Below are positions 10,457-18,996 of a stretch of 63,848 nucleotides of DNA, piece after piece. The notes under the pieces were generated by a model. That model ran no database searches, was not told the origin of the DNA, and saw only the letters and a list, made by a program, of their open reading frames with translations. Positions within the stretch are counted from its first letter, which is position 1. The number at the start of each line of letters is the position of its first letter. This stretch comes from Solirubrobacterales bacterium (GTDB taxonomy: Bacteria; Actinomycetota; Thermoleophilia; Solirubrobacterales; JACPNS01), in assembly GCA_049274915.1 (NCBI GenBank), contig JBASTN010000041.1, positions 1 through 63,848 on the forward strand, written 5' to 3'. The translations under genes and the position numbers were made by a program.

Positions 10457-11425
10457 TTAGTTGGTGGCCGGTGCGGCGTCTAGCGCCGCGCGACTACGAC
10501 GCCGGCTGGGTGGGGTGAGCCGTTCGGTGACGATCGTGCGCAGAATGCGCAGGCCGTCGCGCACGGCGTTGAGGTTGCTCTCACCGTGAATGCGGTCGTA
10601 CTCCCAGGTCGGGACCTCAGCGACACGCAGCCCGGCGGTGTGCGCGCGGATGTTCATCATCGTCTCGATCTCGAAGCCGTCGCAGTCCAGGTCGAGGTGG
10701 GGGAGCGTCCAGCGCCAAAACGCGCTGTATCCGTAACAAAGGTCCGAGTAGCGGGTACCGAACAGCGTATTGACCATCAGTCGCAGCGTGTGGTTGCCCG
10801 CACTGCGAATCTTGGTGATGTCTTCGGATCCGGCGCCAGGCATGTAGCGCGAGCCCTTGACGAAGTCTGCGCCGCCGGTCAGTGCCTCGACGTAAAGCGG
10901 GATCTCGGCTGCGTCCATCGAACCGTCAGCGTCGATCATCACGATCACGTCGCCGCGGCAGGCGTTAAAACCACAGATCAAAGCGTTGCCCTTGCCCGGA
11001 CGGTCTTGGCCGACCACACGGACGTTGTCGCGCAATGAGAGCGCGACGTCGGCGGTGCCGTCGGTCGAGTCTCCGTCGACAAGCACGATTTCGTAGACGT
11101 CTTCGGGAATGTTCTTGAAGACGATCGGCAGGTTCGGTGCCTCGTTACGCGCCGGGATGACCACGCTGACGCGGGGATTGTCGGCTGCACGGCGACGAGC
11201 GCCGGAATGGTCGCCGCGCTGGCGCGACCGCTCTTCGAGACGCTTGCGGATACGTTCGATCTCTGGGTTGCGCGTCAACGGCGCCGAGTTGACGCCGCGT
11301 GGGGCAGTGACCACACCGGCCTCGACCACACCGGCCTCGCCACTGTTCTGGTCGCCGCTGGAATACGTATCGCTATCTGTTGCGCCATTGGCGATTGTGC
11401 TGGTGTCGTTGCCGAGAAATGCCAT
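10457..11425 (-). CDS. GT2 polyprenyl-phosphate sugar synthase (DPM1/GtrB-like)
   Basis: VSVVIPARNEAPNLP...YEIVLVDGDSTDGT...VIVMIDADGS pattern. ATG 11425 is preceded by GGAG 7 nt upstream. The ORF-track start 11512 is an alternative. Confidence 0.8.
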   Translation of the reverse strand: MAFLGNDTSTIANGATDSDTYSSGDQNSGEAGVVEAGVVTAPRGVNSAPLTRNPEIERIRKRLEERSRQRGDHSGARRRAADNPRVSVVIPARNEAPNLPIVFKNIPEDVYEIVLVDGDSTDGTADVALSLRDNVRVVGQDRPGKGNALICGFNACRGDVIVMIDADGSMDAAEIPLYVEALTGGADFVKGSRYMPGAGSEDITKIRSAGNHTLRLMVNTLFGTRYSDLCYGYSAFWRWTLPHLDLDCDGFEIETMMNIRAHTAGLRVAEVPTWEYDRIHGESNLNAVRDGLRILRTIVTERLTPPSRRRSRAALDAAPATN

Positions 11426-11604
11426 CGCGAGACTCCGATCTCTGAAACAGTCGTCGTGACCCCGAGATGCCGAGGATGCGCGTGTCAAATCAGATCGCCG
11501 AGATCCGGTCAACTCGCGAGGTCGCGTTTGAATTCAGTTGTATGGCCCGCCGCAACTACCGAGAGCGGCCGGGACCCAGTCGAACGGGCTACTCAATTTT
11601 CAAT

Positions 11605-11792
11605 TCTTTTGAGCGCCCGACGTCTGTTGATATCGATAATAACGACTAAATCGGCGGCTGGCAAGGGCAACGCTCAGAAATTCTCGAAAACTCGGCACGT
11701 CTGCTTGCCTTTGTCTGGACGGTGACGATCCGGTTACGAGGAAGTAACAAATCCGAGTGTCACCGCGCGAAGGAGGGTCTTTTGAGCGCCCG
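11605..11792 (+). repeat. Two copies of a 15-nt direct repeat TCTTTTGAGCGCCCG, 173 bp apart, in the radA/glycan-operon divergent region
   Basis: Exact 15-mers at 11605-11619 and 11778-11792. The surrounding sequence is AT-richer than the flanks. Confidence 0.7.
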
Positions 11793-12002
11793 GCCCATCC
11801 GCCACGGCATCGAGGCGACCGTGGCGGATGAGGGGGAGCGGGCACTGTGAGGATCTGCGAACCGGAGGCCGAGAACACTGGATCGCTGACCCAATCCCCA
11901 TCGCTGACCGCTCGCATCGAAATTAGAACTCTCCAAGCCGACCGTACTTGGACCCCGGTACAAACATCGCCGGGCAGTATTGGACACCAAACTCAACTCG
12001 GA

Positions 12003-13469
12003 TTGGCTTCCGTCCACAGGCGAACGTATGTTCTGGAGATCGCCAAGCAAGTCAATAAACCAAAGGGCGTGTTTTTCGCGTGCACCGAGTGTGGGACGGT
12101 CGAAGCCAAGTGGCACGGCCGGTGCCCGGGCTGCGGCGAATGGAACACGCTGATCGAAGAGAAACCGGTCGAACGGATCGGTAAGCGCCGGAACGCGGGC
12201 GGCGCGGCGGGCACGACAACTGGCCTGGCAGGCGGTGGCCCGCCGACCGAGGTCGTCGAGCCGATCATGCTCGATGATGTTCGAGCCTCGCGGGTCCAGC
12301 GCATAGGCACCGGGATCGGCGAGTTCGATCGAGTGTTGGGTGGGGGCCCAGGGGGCTTCGGCATCGTCCCGGGCTCACTGGTTCTGATCGGCGGCTCGCC
12401 CGGAATCGGCAAGTCGACCTTGACCGGCGACGCGCTCGGCAAACTCGTTGCGGCCGGTCGCGAAGTGCTCTACGTCTCCGGCGAAGAATCACCCGAGCAG
12501 ATCCGCATGCGTCACGATCGACTTGGGTCGCACGCGCTACGAGTCCCGGTGCTCGCCGAGACCGATCTTGATTCGGTGCTGGCGACGATCGACAGGCATT
12601 CACCCGACGTCGTTGTTATCGACAGCGTCCAGACTTTGTATTGCCCTGATCTGACCGGGGCACCGGGCTCTGTCGGGCAGGTGCGCGAGGTCGCGGCGAG
12701 GCTGATGCAACTGGCCAAGACGCGCCAGATCGCGATGCTGCTCGTCGGCCACGTCACAAAAGAGGGTTCGCTCGCCGGGCCGCGCGTGCTCGAACACTTG
12801 GTCGACTGTGTCCTCCAGTTTGAAGGCGAGCGAGAGCGGAGCTACCGTACGCTGCGTGCCGCCAAGAACCGCTTCGGTTCTACCAACGAGGTCGGGGTTT
12901 TCGAGATGTCGTCCGGTGGACTGGTGGAGATCGCCGACGCCTCCGCGCGTTTTGTCGGCGAGGCGACGAACAATCCGGGTTCCGTCGTGCTCTGCGCGAT
13001 GGAGGGTACGCGTCCACTGCTGGTCGAGATCCAGGCGCTGGTGGCACCGACGGACATAGTGCCGGCCCGCCGTGTTGTCAACGGCATCGATCGCAACCGG
13101 CTCGCCCTTGTGCTCGCCGTGCTCTCGCGCCACGCGAGGGTCAACCTCGGATCTCATGATGTTTTCGTCAACGTCGCGGGCGGGGTGCGGATCGACGAGC
13201 CGGCTGCAGATCTGGCAATTGCCTTGGCGGTGGCTTCGGCGGCGCGCGGTCAGGCGCTGTCGGAGGGCGACGTGCCGCTTGCCTGCTTCGGCGAGATCGG
13301 TTTGACCGGTGAATTACGCAGTGTCCCGCACGCCGACCGCCGCACCGACGAGGCGGCCAAGTTCGGGTTGCGCCAAGTGATCCTGCCGGCGGAGCGCGAC
13401 CGATCAGGCGGGGCGAAGGGCCTCAAACAGGCACTAGCCCAGGCATTTATGCACGTCGCTCCTGCTTAG
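12003..13469 (+). CDS. radA: DNA repair protein RadA/Sms
   Basis: N-terminal zinc ribbon CTECGTVEAKWHGRCPGCGEWN, Walker A GGSPGIGKST, KNRFG motif and a Lon-like C-terminal domain. Start is uncertain. The in-frame TTG at 12003 is chosen because the ORF-track start 11847 adds about 50 non-homologous residues. Confidence 0.85.
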   Translation: MASVHRRTYVLEIAKQVNKPKGVFFACTECGTVEAKWHGRCPGCGEWNTLIEEKPVERIGKRRNAGGAAGTTTGLAGGGPPTEVVEPIMLDDVRASRVQRIGTGIGEFDRVLGGGPGGFGIVPGSLVLIGGSPGIGKSTLTGDALGKLVAAGREVLYVSGEESPEQIRMRHDRLGSHALRVPVLAETDLDSVLATIDRHSPDVVVIDSVQTLYCPDLTGAPGSVGQVREVAARLMQLAKTRQIAMLLVGHVTKEGSLAGPRVLEHLVDCVLQFEGERERSYRTLRAAKNRFGSTNEVGVFEMSSGGLVEIADASARFVGEATNNPGSVVLCAMEGTRPLLVEIQALVAPTDIVPARRVVNGIDRNRLALVLAVLSRHARVNLGSHDVFVNVAGGVRIDEPAADLAIALAVASAARGQALSEGDVPLACFGEIGLTGELRSVPHADRRTDEAAKFGLRQVILPAERDRSGGAKGLKQALAQAFMHVAPA

Positions 13470-13538
13470 GCGCTCTTAGATCGGGCTTGCACAGGGCCTC
13501 TTGCATTGCCGTCAGACCTTCTCTACCCTGGCAACGCG

Positions 13539-14087
13539 ATGGCAGAGCACGTCAAGGCAGAGGGTGTCAAGGATGGCGAGACAGAGAGTTTCTCGGCGGG
13601 GCTACACAGCCAGCCGCTCGACTGGTCGTGGGTTGAACGCAAGCTGATCACCAGCGGCAGCTATTGGTTGGTCACGACCAAGCTGAATGGCGCACCGCAC
13701 GCCCGGCCGGTGTGGGGTGTGTACCACGATCATACGATCTGGTTCAGCACGGGCCGCTCGTCGGTCAAGGGCCGCAACCTTGCCGCCGACCCACGGTGCG
13801 TACTGCATGTAGAGAGCGCCGACGACGTTGTGATCATCGACGGCTCGGTCGAGCTAGTCGAGAGCTGGGAGAAGGTTTTCGAGTCAGAGCCGGCGCACTC
13901 CGTGCTGCGTCAGTACATGGCGAAGTACGTGATGACCGAACAGGAGCTGTCGCCCAGCGGTGAGCTTTACGACGCCGCGCTCTATCGCGTCTGGCCTCAT
14001 GTCGTCAACGCCTGGCTCGAGGGTGCCTATCCGACCACTCAGTCGCGCTGGGTGCTCGACGCGCTTCCAGTCGATGTATCCGGCTGA
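13539..14087 (+). CDS. Pyridoxamine 5'-phosphate oxidase-family (PPOX-class, possibly F420/FMN-dependent) protein
   Basis: Split-barrel-like pattern (SYWLVTTKLNGAPHARPVWGVYHDHTIWFSTGRSSVKGRNLAADPRCVLHVE). Start at ATG 13539. Confidence 0.6.
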   Translation: MAEHVKAEGVKDGETESFSAGLHSQPLDWSWVERKLITSGSYWLVTTKLNGAPHARPVWGVYHDHTIWFSTGRSSVKGRNLAADPRCVLHVESADDVVIIDGSVELVESWEKVFESEPAHSVLRQYMAKYVMTEQELSPSGELYDAALYRVWPHVVNAWLEGAYPTTQSRWVLDALPVDVSG

Positions 14088-14224
14088 TCGCAGTCATCAG
14101 CGTTCCAGGTACCGGCCGTTACATAACGGTCCAACGGTCTGGGTACATCCCGACCTGAGCGTTTAGAGCCGGCTCGGCATCGGGCGAAAAAAGTACCGTC
14201 CCGGTCACTCATCTAAGGGTTTTT

Positions 14225-15361
14225 GTGCGATCACCTACAATCCAGAGGATGGTGCAGCGTGTTGTAGAGGATTCGAACGAGCTTCACACGCGACTCGAGC
14301 CCAAACTGCTCAGGGCTCTTGAGATGGTCGCTCCAGGCACTTTCATCCGTGAAGGCATCGACGACGTCCTACAGGGTGGCACGGGCGCGTTGCTGATTAT
14401 TGGCGAACCTGAAGAGCTCGCGTTCATGTTCTCCGGGGGCATCAAGCTAGACCTCGATTACCAGCCGGCGATGCTTTACCAGCTAGCCAAAATGGACGGC
14501 GCGATCATTCTCAGCGCCAACGCCGGCAAGATTGCGTGGGCGAACGTCCAATTGATGCCCGACCCGACGATCCATTCGGTCGAGACCGGAACGCGCCACC
14601 GCACGGCCGAACGTGTCGCCAAGCAGTCCGACGCGATTGTGCTGGCGATCTCCGCCCGCCGCGAGGTGGTCAGTCTGTACGTCGACGCCAACAAGTACGT
14701 GATGGTCGACATTCCTGAGGTTCTCGCCAAAGCCAACCAGGCCCTCGCGACGCTCGACAAGTACCGCCGTCGCCTCGACCAGGTATCGGCCCGCCTGACC
14801 CTTCTCGAGTTCGAAGGCCGTGCCTACATGCACGACGTACTGACGGTGCTGCAACGCGCCGAGCTGATTACGCGCATGAGCGTCGAGGTCGAGCGTTACA
14901 TCGTCGAACTCGGCTCCGAAGGCCGGCTGATCGAGATGCAGCTCGAAGAGACGATGATCGGCGTCGCCGCCGAGAAGTTCGGACTCGCGCGTGACTACGT
15001 CGGCACTGACACCGACGAGATGTACGCCCAGGTCGTCGACCAGCTTTCACGCATGGGCCACCAGGACTTGCTGGACTTCGGGCGTCTCGCCGAGCTGCTC
15101 GGTTACGACCGCAAGATGAACACGATCGACCACGCCGTTGCGCCCCGTGGCTACCGGATCCTGTCGCGCATTCCGCGACTGCCGAAGATGGTCGTGCAGG
15201 ACATCGTCAACGCGTTTGGCGGTCTCGACGAACTTTTATCCGCTGACGACTCCGACATCGAAGCTGTCGAGGGAGTCGGCGAATCGCGTGCCAAAGACAT
15301 TCGAGAGGGCCTTAAGCGCCTTCAAGAGATCAACATGGTCGACCGCTACATGCAGGCCTAA
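14225..15361 (+). CDS. disA: DNA integrity scanning protein DisA (diadenylate cyclase, c-di-AMP synthase)
   Basis: DAC domain (VAPGTFIREGIDDVLQGGTGALLIIG...DGAIIL...GTRHRTAERV) plus C-terminal HhH (VEGVGESRAKDIREGL). It lies directly after radA as in Bacillus and Mycobacterium. GTG 14225 has AAGGG 5 nt upstream, and ATG 14249 is an alternative. Confidence 0.85.
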   Translation: MRSPTIQRMVQRVVEDSNELHTRLEPKLLRALEMVAPGTFIREGIDDVLQGGTGALLIIGEPEELAFMFSGGIKLDLDYQPAMLYQLAKMDGAIILSANAGKIAWANVQLMPDPTIHSVETGTRHRTAERVAKQSDAIVLAISARREVVSLYVDANKYVMVDIPEVLAKANQALATLDKYRRRLDQVSARLTLLEFEGRAYMHDVLTVLQRAELITRMSVEVERYIVELGSEGRLIEMQLEETMIGVAAEKFGLARDYVGTDTDEMYAQVVDQLSRMGHQDLLDFGRLAELLGYDRKMNTIDHAVAPRGYRILSRIPRLPKMVVQDIVNAFGGLDELLSADDSDIEAVEGVGESRAKDIREGLKRLQEINMVDRYMQA

Positions 15362-15471
15362 GCCTGCCCGACGCGAGTTCGACTGCCCCAGAGGAGGGGA
15401 TGGTTATTTCCGACGCAGACGTAATCGATATGGACCTAGACGACCTGGATTTGGAGCCGAAGGCCCCGCCG

Positions 15472-15978
15472 ATGAAGTTCAAGGTCGGCGACAAGGTCGT
15501 CTACCCGCACCACGGTGCTGGGAAAGTGCTCAAAAAAGAAAAGAAGATCCTGCTTGGCGAGAAGCGCGAGTACCTGACAATTCAGATCCTGCACAACGAC
15601 ATGACCGTGATGGTTCCGTGCGAGAACACCGGCGTCGCTGGCCTGCGTCGTGTGATCGACCACGCCACCGTCAAAAAGGTCGTCAGCGTGCTGCAGGATG
15701 GCGTGTCCGAGATGCCGGGCAACTGGAACCGTCGTTTCAAGCACAATCGTGAGAAGATTCGCACCGGCGACATCTTTGAGCTGGCCGAGGTGATTCGCAA
15801 CCTCGCCGCGCTGGAGGCCGAGAAGGGTCTCTCGTCTGGCGAAAAGCAGATGTTCGTCCGCGCAAAGCGGATCCTCGCCAGCGAGTTCATGTACGCGCTC
15901 GACATGTCCGAAGAGGACGCCGAGGCACACGTCGACTCGCTGCTCGAGGTACGCGAGGACGCAGCGGTCGTCGCGTAA
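15472..15978 (+). CDS. carD: CarD/CdnL-family RNA polymerase-binding transcription regulator
   Basis: MKFKVGDKVVYPHHGAGKV... matches the canonical CarD N-terminus. It lies upstream of ispD as in Mycobacterium. Confidence 0.85.
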   Translation: MKFKVGDKVVYPHHGAGKVLKKEKKILLGEKREYLTIQILHNDMTVMVPCENTGVAGLRRVIDHATVKKVVSVLQDGVSEMPGNWNRRFKHNREKIRTGDIFELAEVIRNLAALEAEKGLSSGEKQMFVRAKRILASEFMYALDMSEEDAEAHVDSLLEVREDAAVVA

Positions 15979-16000
15979 CCGCGTTTCGGGCGGAGATGGA

Positions 16001-16753
16001 ATGTCGAGCGCTCGAACCGCATCGGCGCCGCTTGCCCTGATCGCGGCGGGTGGTTCGGGCGAGCGCCTTGGGGCGGGGGGTCCCAAGGCGCTTGTCGAAT
16101 GTGCTGGCAAGTCGCTGCTGACCTGGTGTCTCGAGGCCTTCTTGGAGTCGGAGACAATCGAGCGTGTCGCAGTGGCGATCGTCGAGTCGGCGCGTGACGA
16201 CTTCGAGGACGCGATAGCGCCGTTGCGAACCGCCGGACTGGAGGTCTTGGTCACGCGGGGCGGCCCGAGTCGGTCGCACTCTGTGCGAGCCGCTTACTCC
16301 GCCGCACTTACCGACGCTGCAGGCGCTTGGCCGTCGGCGGTGCTGGTGCACGACGCGGCGCGCCCACTCGTCTCGCCGGTGCTGATCGACGCGTGCGTCA
16401 GTCAAGTCTCTGATGCGGACGTCGACGCCGTAGTGCCGGCAGCGCAGGTCGTCGACACGATCAAGCTTGCCGACGACGAGCATCTGGTCGAGTCCACGCC
16501 GGATCGCTCGCGGCTCTGGGCGGTTCAGACACCCCAGGCGTTCGACGGCCGTGCGTTGGGACGCGTGCTCGGCCTGGATCCGCAGATCGCCCCGGTTGAC
16601 GACGCCCTGATTGCTGCCGCGACGGACGACGCTTCTCTGATCGAAGCCGCAGGCGGGCGCGTAAAAATACTCCCGTGGACCGCAGTCAATCCAAAGGTCA
16701 CCACCGCAACCGACTTGGCCGCCGTCGAGCGTCTGCTCGCGGCCACTGTCTAG
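16001..16753 (+). CDS. ispD: 2-C-methyl-D-erythritol 4-phosphate cytidylyltransferase
   Basis: AAGGSGERLG P-loop-like motif, VLVHDAARP and TPQAF. GGAG lies 5 nt upstream of the ATG. Confidence 0.85.
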   Translation: MSSARTASAPLALIAAGGSGERLGAGGPKALVECAGKSLLTWCLEAFLESETIERVAVAIVESARDDFEDAIAPLRTAGLEVLVTRGGPSRSHSVRAAYSAALTDAAGAWPSAVLVHDAARPLVSPVLIDACVSQVSDADVDAVVPAAQVVDTIKLADDEHLVESTPDRSRLWAVQTPQAFDGRALGRVLGLDPQIAPVDDALIAAATDDASLIEAAGGRVKILPWTAVNPKVTTATDLAAVERLLAATV

Positions 16754-16764
16754 ACGCTCGGCTT

Positions 16765-17217
16765 TTAAGTGAAAGTCGGGCCGCTTGGCGGTTTTTTGTG
16801 CGTGCTGCGCTCGACGAGCATCTTCAGGGTTGACTCGAGCTCATCGATGTCGAACGGCTTAACTATGTAGGCATCGGCCCCGAGGTCGAGGCCGAGCAGG
16901 CGGTCTTCTTCTTCGCCGCGCGCAGTCAGCATCACGATCGGGATGTTCGTGGTTCGCGGGTCAGTTCTCAGCTTGACGCAGAGTTCGTGCCCTTGGATTA
17001 TCGGCATCACCCAGTCGAGGATCGCGATGTCCGGGTGATGTTCGTGGATAGCGTCGAGCGCTTCTCTGCCGTCTGCGGCACCGATCACGCGGAAGCCACG
17101 GGTACCGAGCCGAGCCGAGAGGAGATCGCGGATGTCGTCGTTGTCGTCGGCGACGATCACCAGCGGTTTCACCGGGTCGGTGCCTGCCGGTCTCTGTCCG
17201 CCGCTTCCGATGCTCAT
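16765..17217 (-). CDS. Stand-alone response-regulator receiver (CheY-like, no output domain)
   Basis: VIVADDNDD...ILDWVMP...MLTARG...KPF receiver signature. It is convergent with ispD with only 11 bp between the stops. Confidence 0.8.
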   Translation of the reverse strand: MSIGSGGQRPAGTDPVKPLVIVADDNDDIRDLLSARLGTRGFRVIGAADGREALDAIHEHHPDIAILDWVMPIIQGHELCVKLRTDPRTTNIPIVMLTARGEEEDRLLGLDLGADAYIVKPFDIDELESTLKMLVERSTHKKPPSGPTFT

Positions 17218-17253
17218 AAATGGATGCTCATAAGTGGACGCTCATAAGTGGAC
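17212..17253 (-). repeat. 14-bp x3 tandem repeat containing the receiver-gene start codon
   Basis: Plus strand: GCTCATAAATGGAT / GCTCATAAGTGGAC / GCTCATAAGTGGAC. On the minus strand each unit carries ATGAGC. Confidence 0.9.
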
Positions 17254-17328
17254 GGCGGGGACAAAATACAGGCGCCACCTGCCGATAGGCGAAATGTAAC
17301 AATAAGTCTGATCGCAGGCCACGGGTTT

Positions 17329-18909
17329 ATGGGCAAAAGAAAAAAACCGCCGTTGAGTTTCAGGCGCTTGTTGCGCGCGAGCCTGATCGCCCAGGTGAGC
17401 GTGATTCTTGTCGTATTGGCGGTTGGCATCTGGGGCGCCGTCAAAACCGTCGAGAAGTCCGAGACATTGAAGGACCGCTCGGCCGACGTTCTGTTGCTAC
17501 GCGGGGTCCAGGTCGAGTTCGATCGCGCCCGACTCGCTCTGCGTCAGTACGTCGATACCGGCGACGCCTTCAAGCTCGGCCCGTACACCAACGCGCGTGG
17601 TCAGATCATCGTGATCGCCGGGCAACTCGGCCACGACCTAGACGCCGCAACGCAGTTCCGGATCAACGGCTACGTCAGCGCGATTACGAACTACCTCGAG
17701 ACCACCGGCGACGAGGCCGTAAAGCTAGTGCGCGCCGACGACCGCGCGGCGGCCGACGAGATGCTTTCCAACGAGGACGTCGTTCGGCTGATCGCCACGA
17801 TTAGTGACGAGGGCACCAAGCTGCAGGACGGACTGCTAGCAAAGCAGGGAGCCGCCGAGGATGCGGTGACCAATAGTCAGGTTTATAACGTCGCGTTGGT
17901 GGGGCTCTCCGGCCTGCTGATTCTCGGCTCCGGGATCGGCGTGCTTTTATGGATCCGCAAGCAGATGATGTATCCGCTTGACGAGTTGGCGATGGCTTCG
18001 CGCCGATTGGGCCACGGAGATCTCTCGGCGCGCGTTGAGCCGCGTGGCGTCAACGAGATCGCGCTGGCTGGCAATGCTTTCAATCAGATGGCCGACGAGG
18101 TTGAGCAGCATGTGCAGCAGCTGCACGACATGTCGGCGGCTCGCAGCCGTTTCGTCTCCTCGGTGTCTCATGAACTGCGCACGCCGATCACTTCGCTGCG
18201 CGGTTACCTGGAACTGCTCTCCGGCGGAGAAGCGGGCGAGTTGAAGACCGACCAGATGCATTACGTGCGGATCGCTGAACGTAACGCCCGCCAGCTAGAT
18301 GATCTGATCAACGACCTGCTGACGCTGTCGCGCATCCAGAGCGGCCGCATCTCGCTGCAGCCCGAGCCGGTCGACATCCGTAGCTTGCTGCGCGAGCTGA
18401 AAGCGGAGATGCGACCGATTGCGATCGAAAAGCAAGTCGACCTAGTGCTCGTAGACACCGGCGATCTGATCGTCTCTGGCGATCCGCTGCGTCTCAAACA
18501 AGCCTTCGGCAACCTGATCGGCAACGCGATCAAGTACAGCCCCGACAAGCAGGCGATCGTGGTCCGCGCCTTCAAGATCAGTCGCCAAGTCGTCGTCTCG
18601 GTTGTCGATTGGGGCTCGGGAATCCCGAAGGACGAGCTGCCGAAGATCGCTGAGCCGTTCTTCCGTTCGAGCACGACCCAGCAGGTTCCTGGCACCGGGC
18701 TGGGGCTCGCAATCGCCAAGCAGATGATCGAACTCCACGGCGGCCGACTAGCGGTCGAAAGCGAATACGGATCAGGATCGACGTTCACCGCCTATCTGCC
18801 GCTCGCCAACGCGGGCGAGTCGCAAGGCGTTGGTGAGGCCTCCGAACACGGTGTCGCCGACACGATCGTCGACGACGAGCCAGAGGCCGCGTCGAGCGCA
18901 AAGCTTTAG
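17329..18909 (+). CDS. Sensor histidine kinase (extracytoplasmic helical sensor, HAMP, HisKA, HATPase_c)
   Basis: Two TM segments flank a roughly 170-aa domain. Further elements are HAMP (PLDELAMASRRLGHGDLSARV), the H-box SHELRTPITSLRGY, the N-box GNAIKYS and a G-box GTGLGLAI. Start at ATG 17329 (MGKRKKPP). Confidence 0.8.
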   Translation: MGKRKKPPLSFRRLLRASLIAQVSVILVVLAVGIWGAVKTVEKSETLKDRSADVLLLRGVQVEFDRARLALRQYVDTGDAFKLGPYTNARGQIIVIAGQLGHDLDAATQFRINGYVSAITNYLETTGDEAVKLVRADDRAAADEMLSNEDVVRLIATISDEGTKLQDGLLAKQGAAEDAVTNSQVYNVALVGLSGLLILGSGIGVLLWIRKQMMYPLDELAMASRRLGHGDLSARVEPRGVNEIALAGNAFNQMADEVEQHVQQLHDMSAARSRFVSSVSHELRTPITSLRGYLELLSGGEAGELKTDQMHYVRIAERNARQLDDLINDLLTLSRIQSGRISLQPEPVDIRSLLRELKAEMRPIAIEKQVDLVLVDTGDLIVSGDPLRLKQAFGNLIGNAIKYSPDKQAIVVRAFKISRQVVVSVVDWGSGIPKDELPKIAEPFFRSSTTQQVPGTGLGLAIAKQMIELHGGRLAVESEYGSGSTFTAYLPLANAGESQGVGEASEHGVADTIVDDEPEAASSAKL

Positions 18910-18996
18910 CGGCGCACGACGTTCGCTACAACTATTCGCCCCGGCCGGGTGCGCACGACGCGCGCCGGCGACTTCCCCCCACGGAGCCCGACAGAG

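Noticed and set aside
11847-12002. N-terminal extension of the radA ORF from the ORF-track start
   Set aside because: RadA proteins start a few residues before the CxxC zinc ribbon. The extra roughly 50 residues show no homology-like features and lie in an AT-rich intergenic region.
15436-16254. 272-aa minus-strand ORF across carD and ispD
   Set aside because: It spans two independently well-supported plus-strand genes and their intergenic gap, and its translation is low-complexity.
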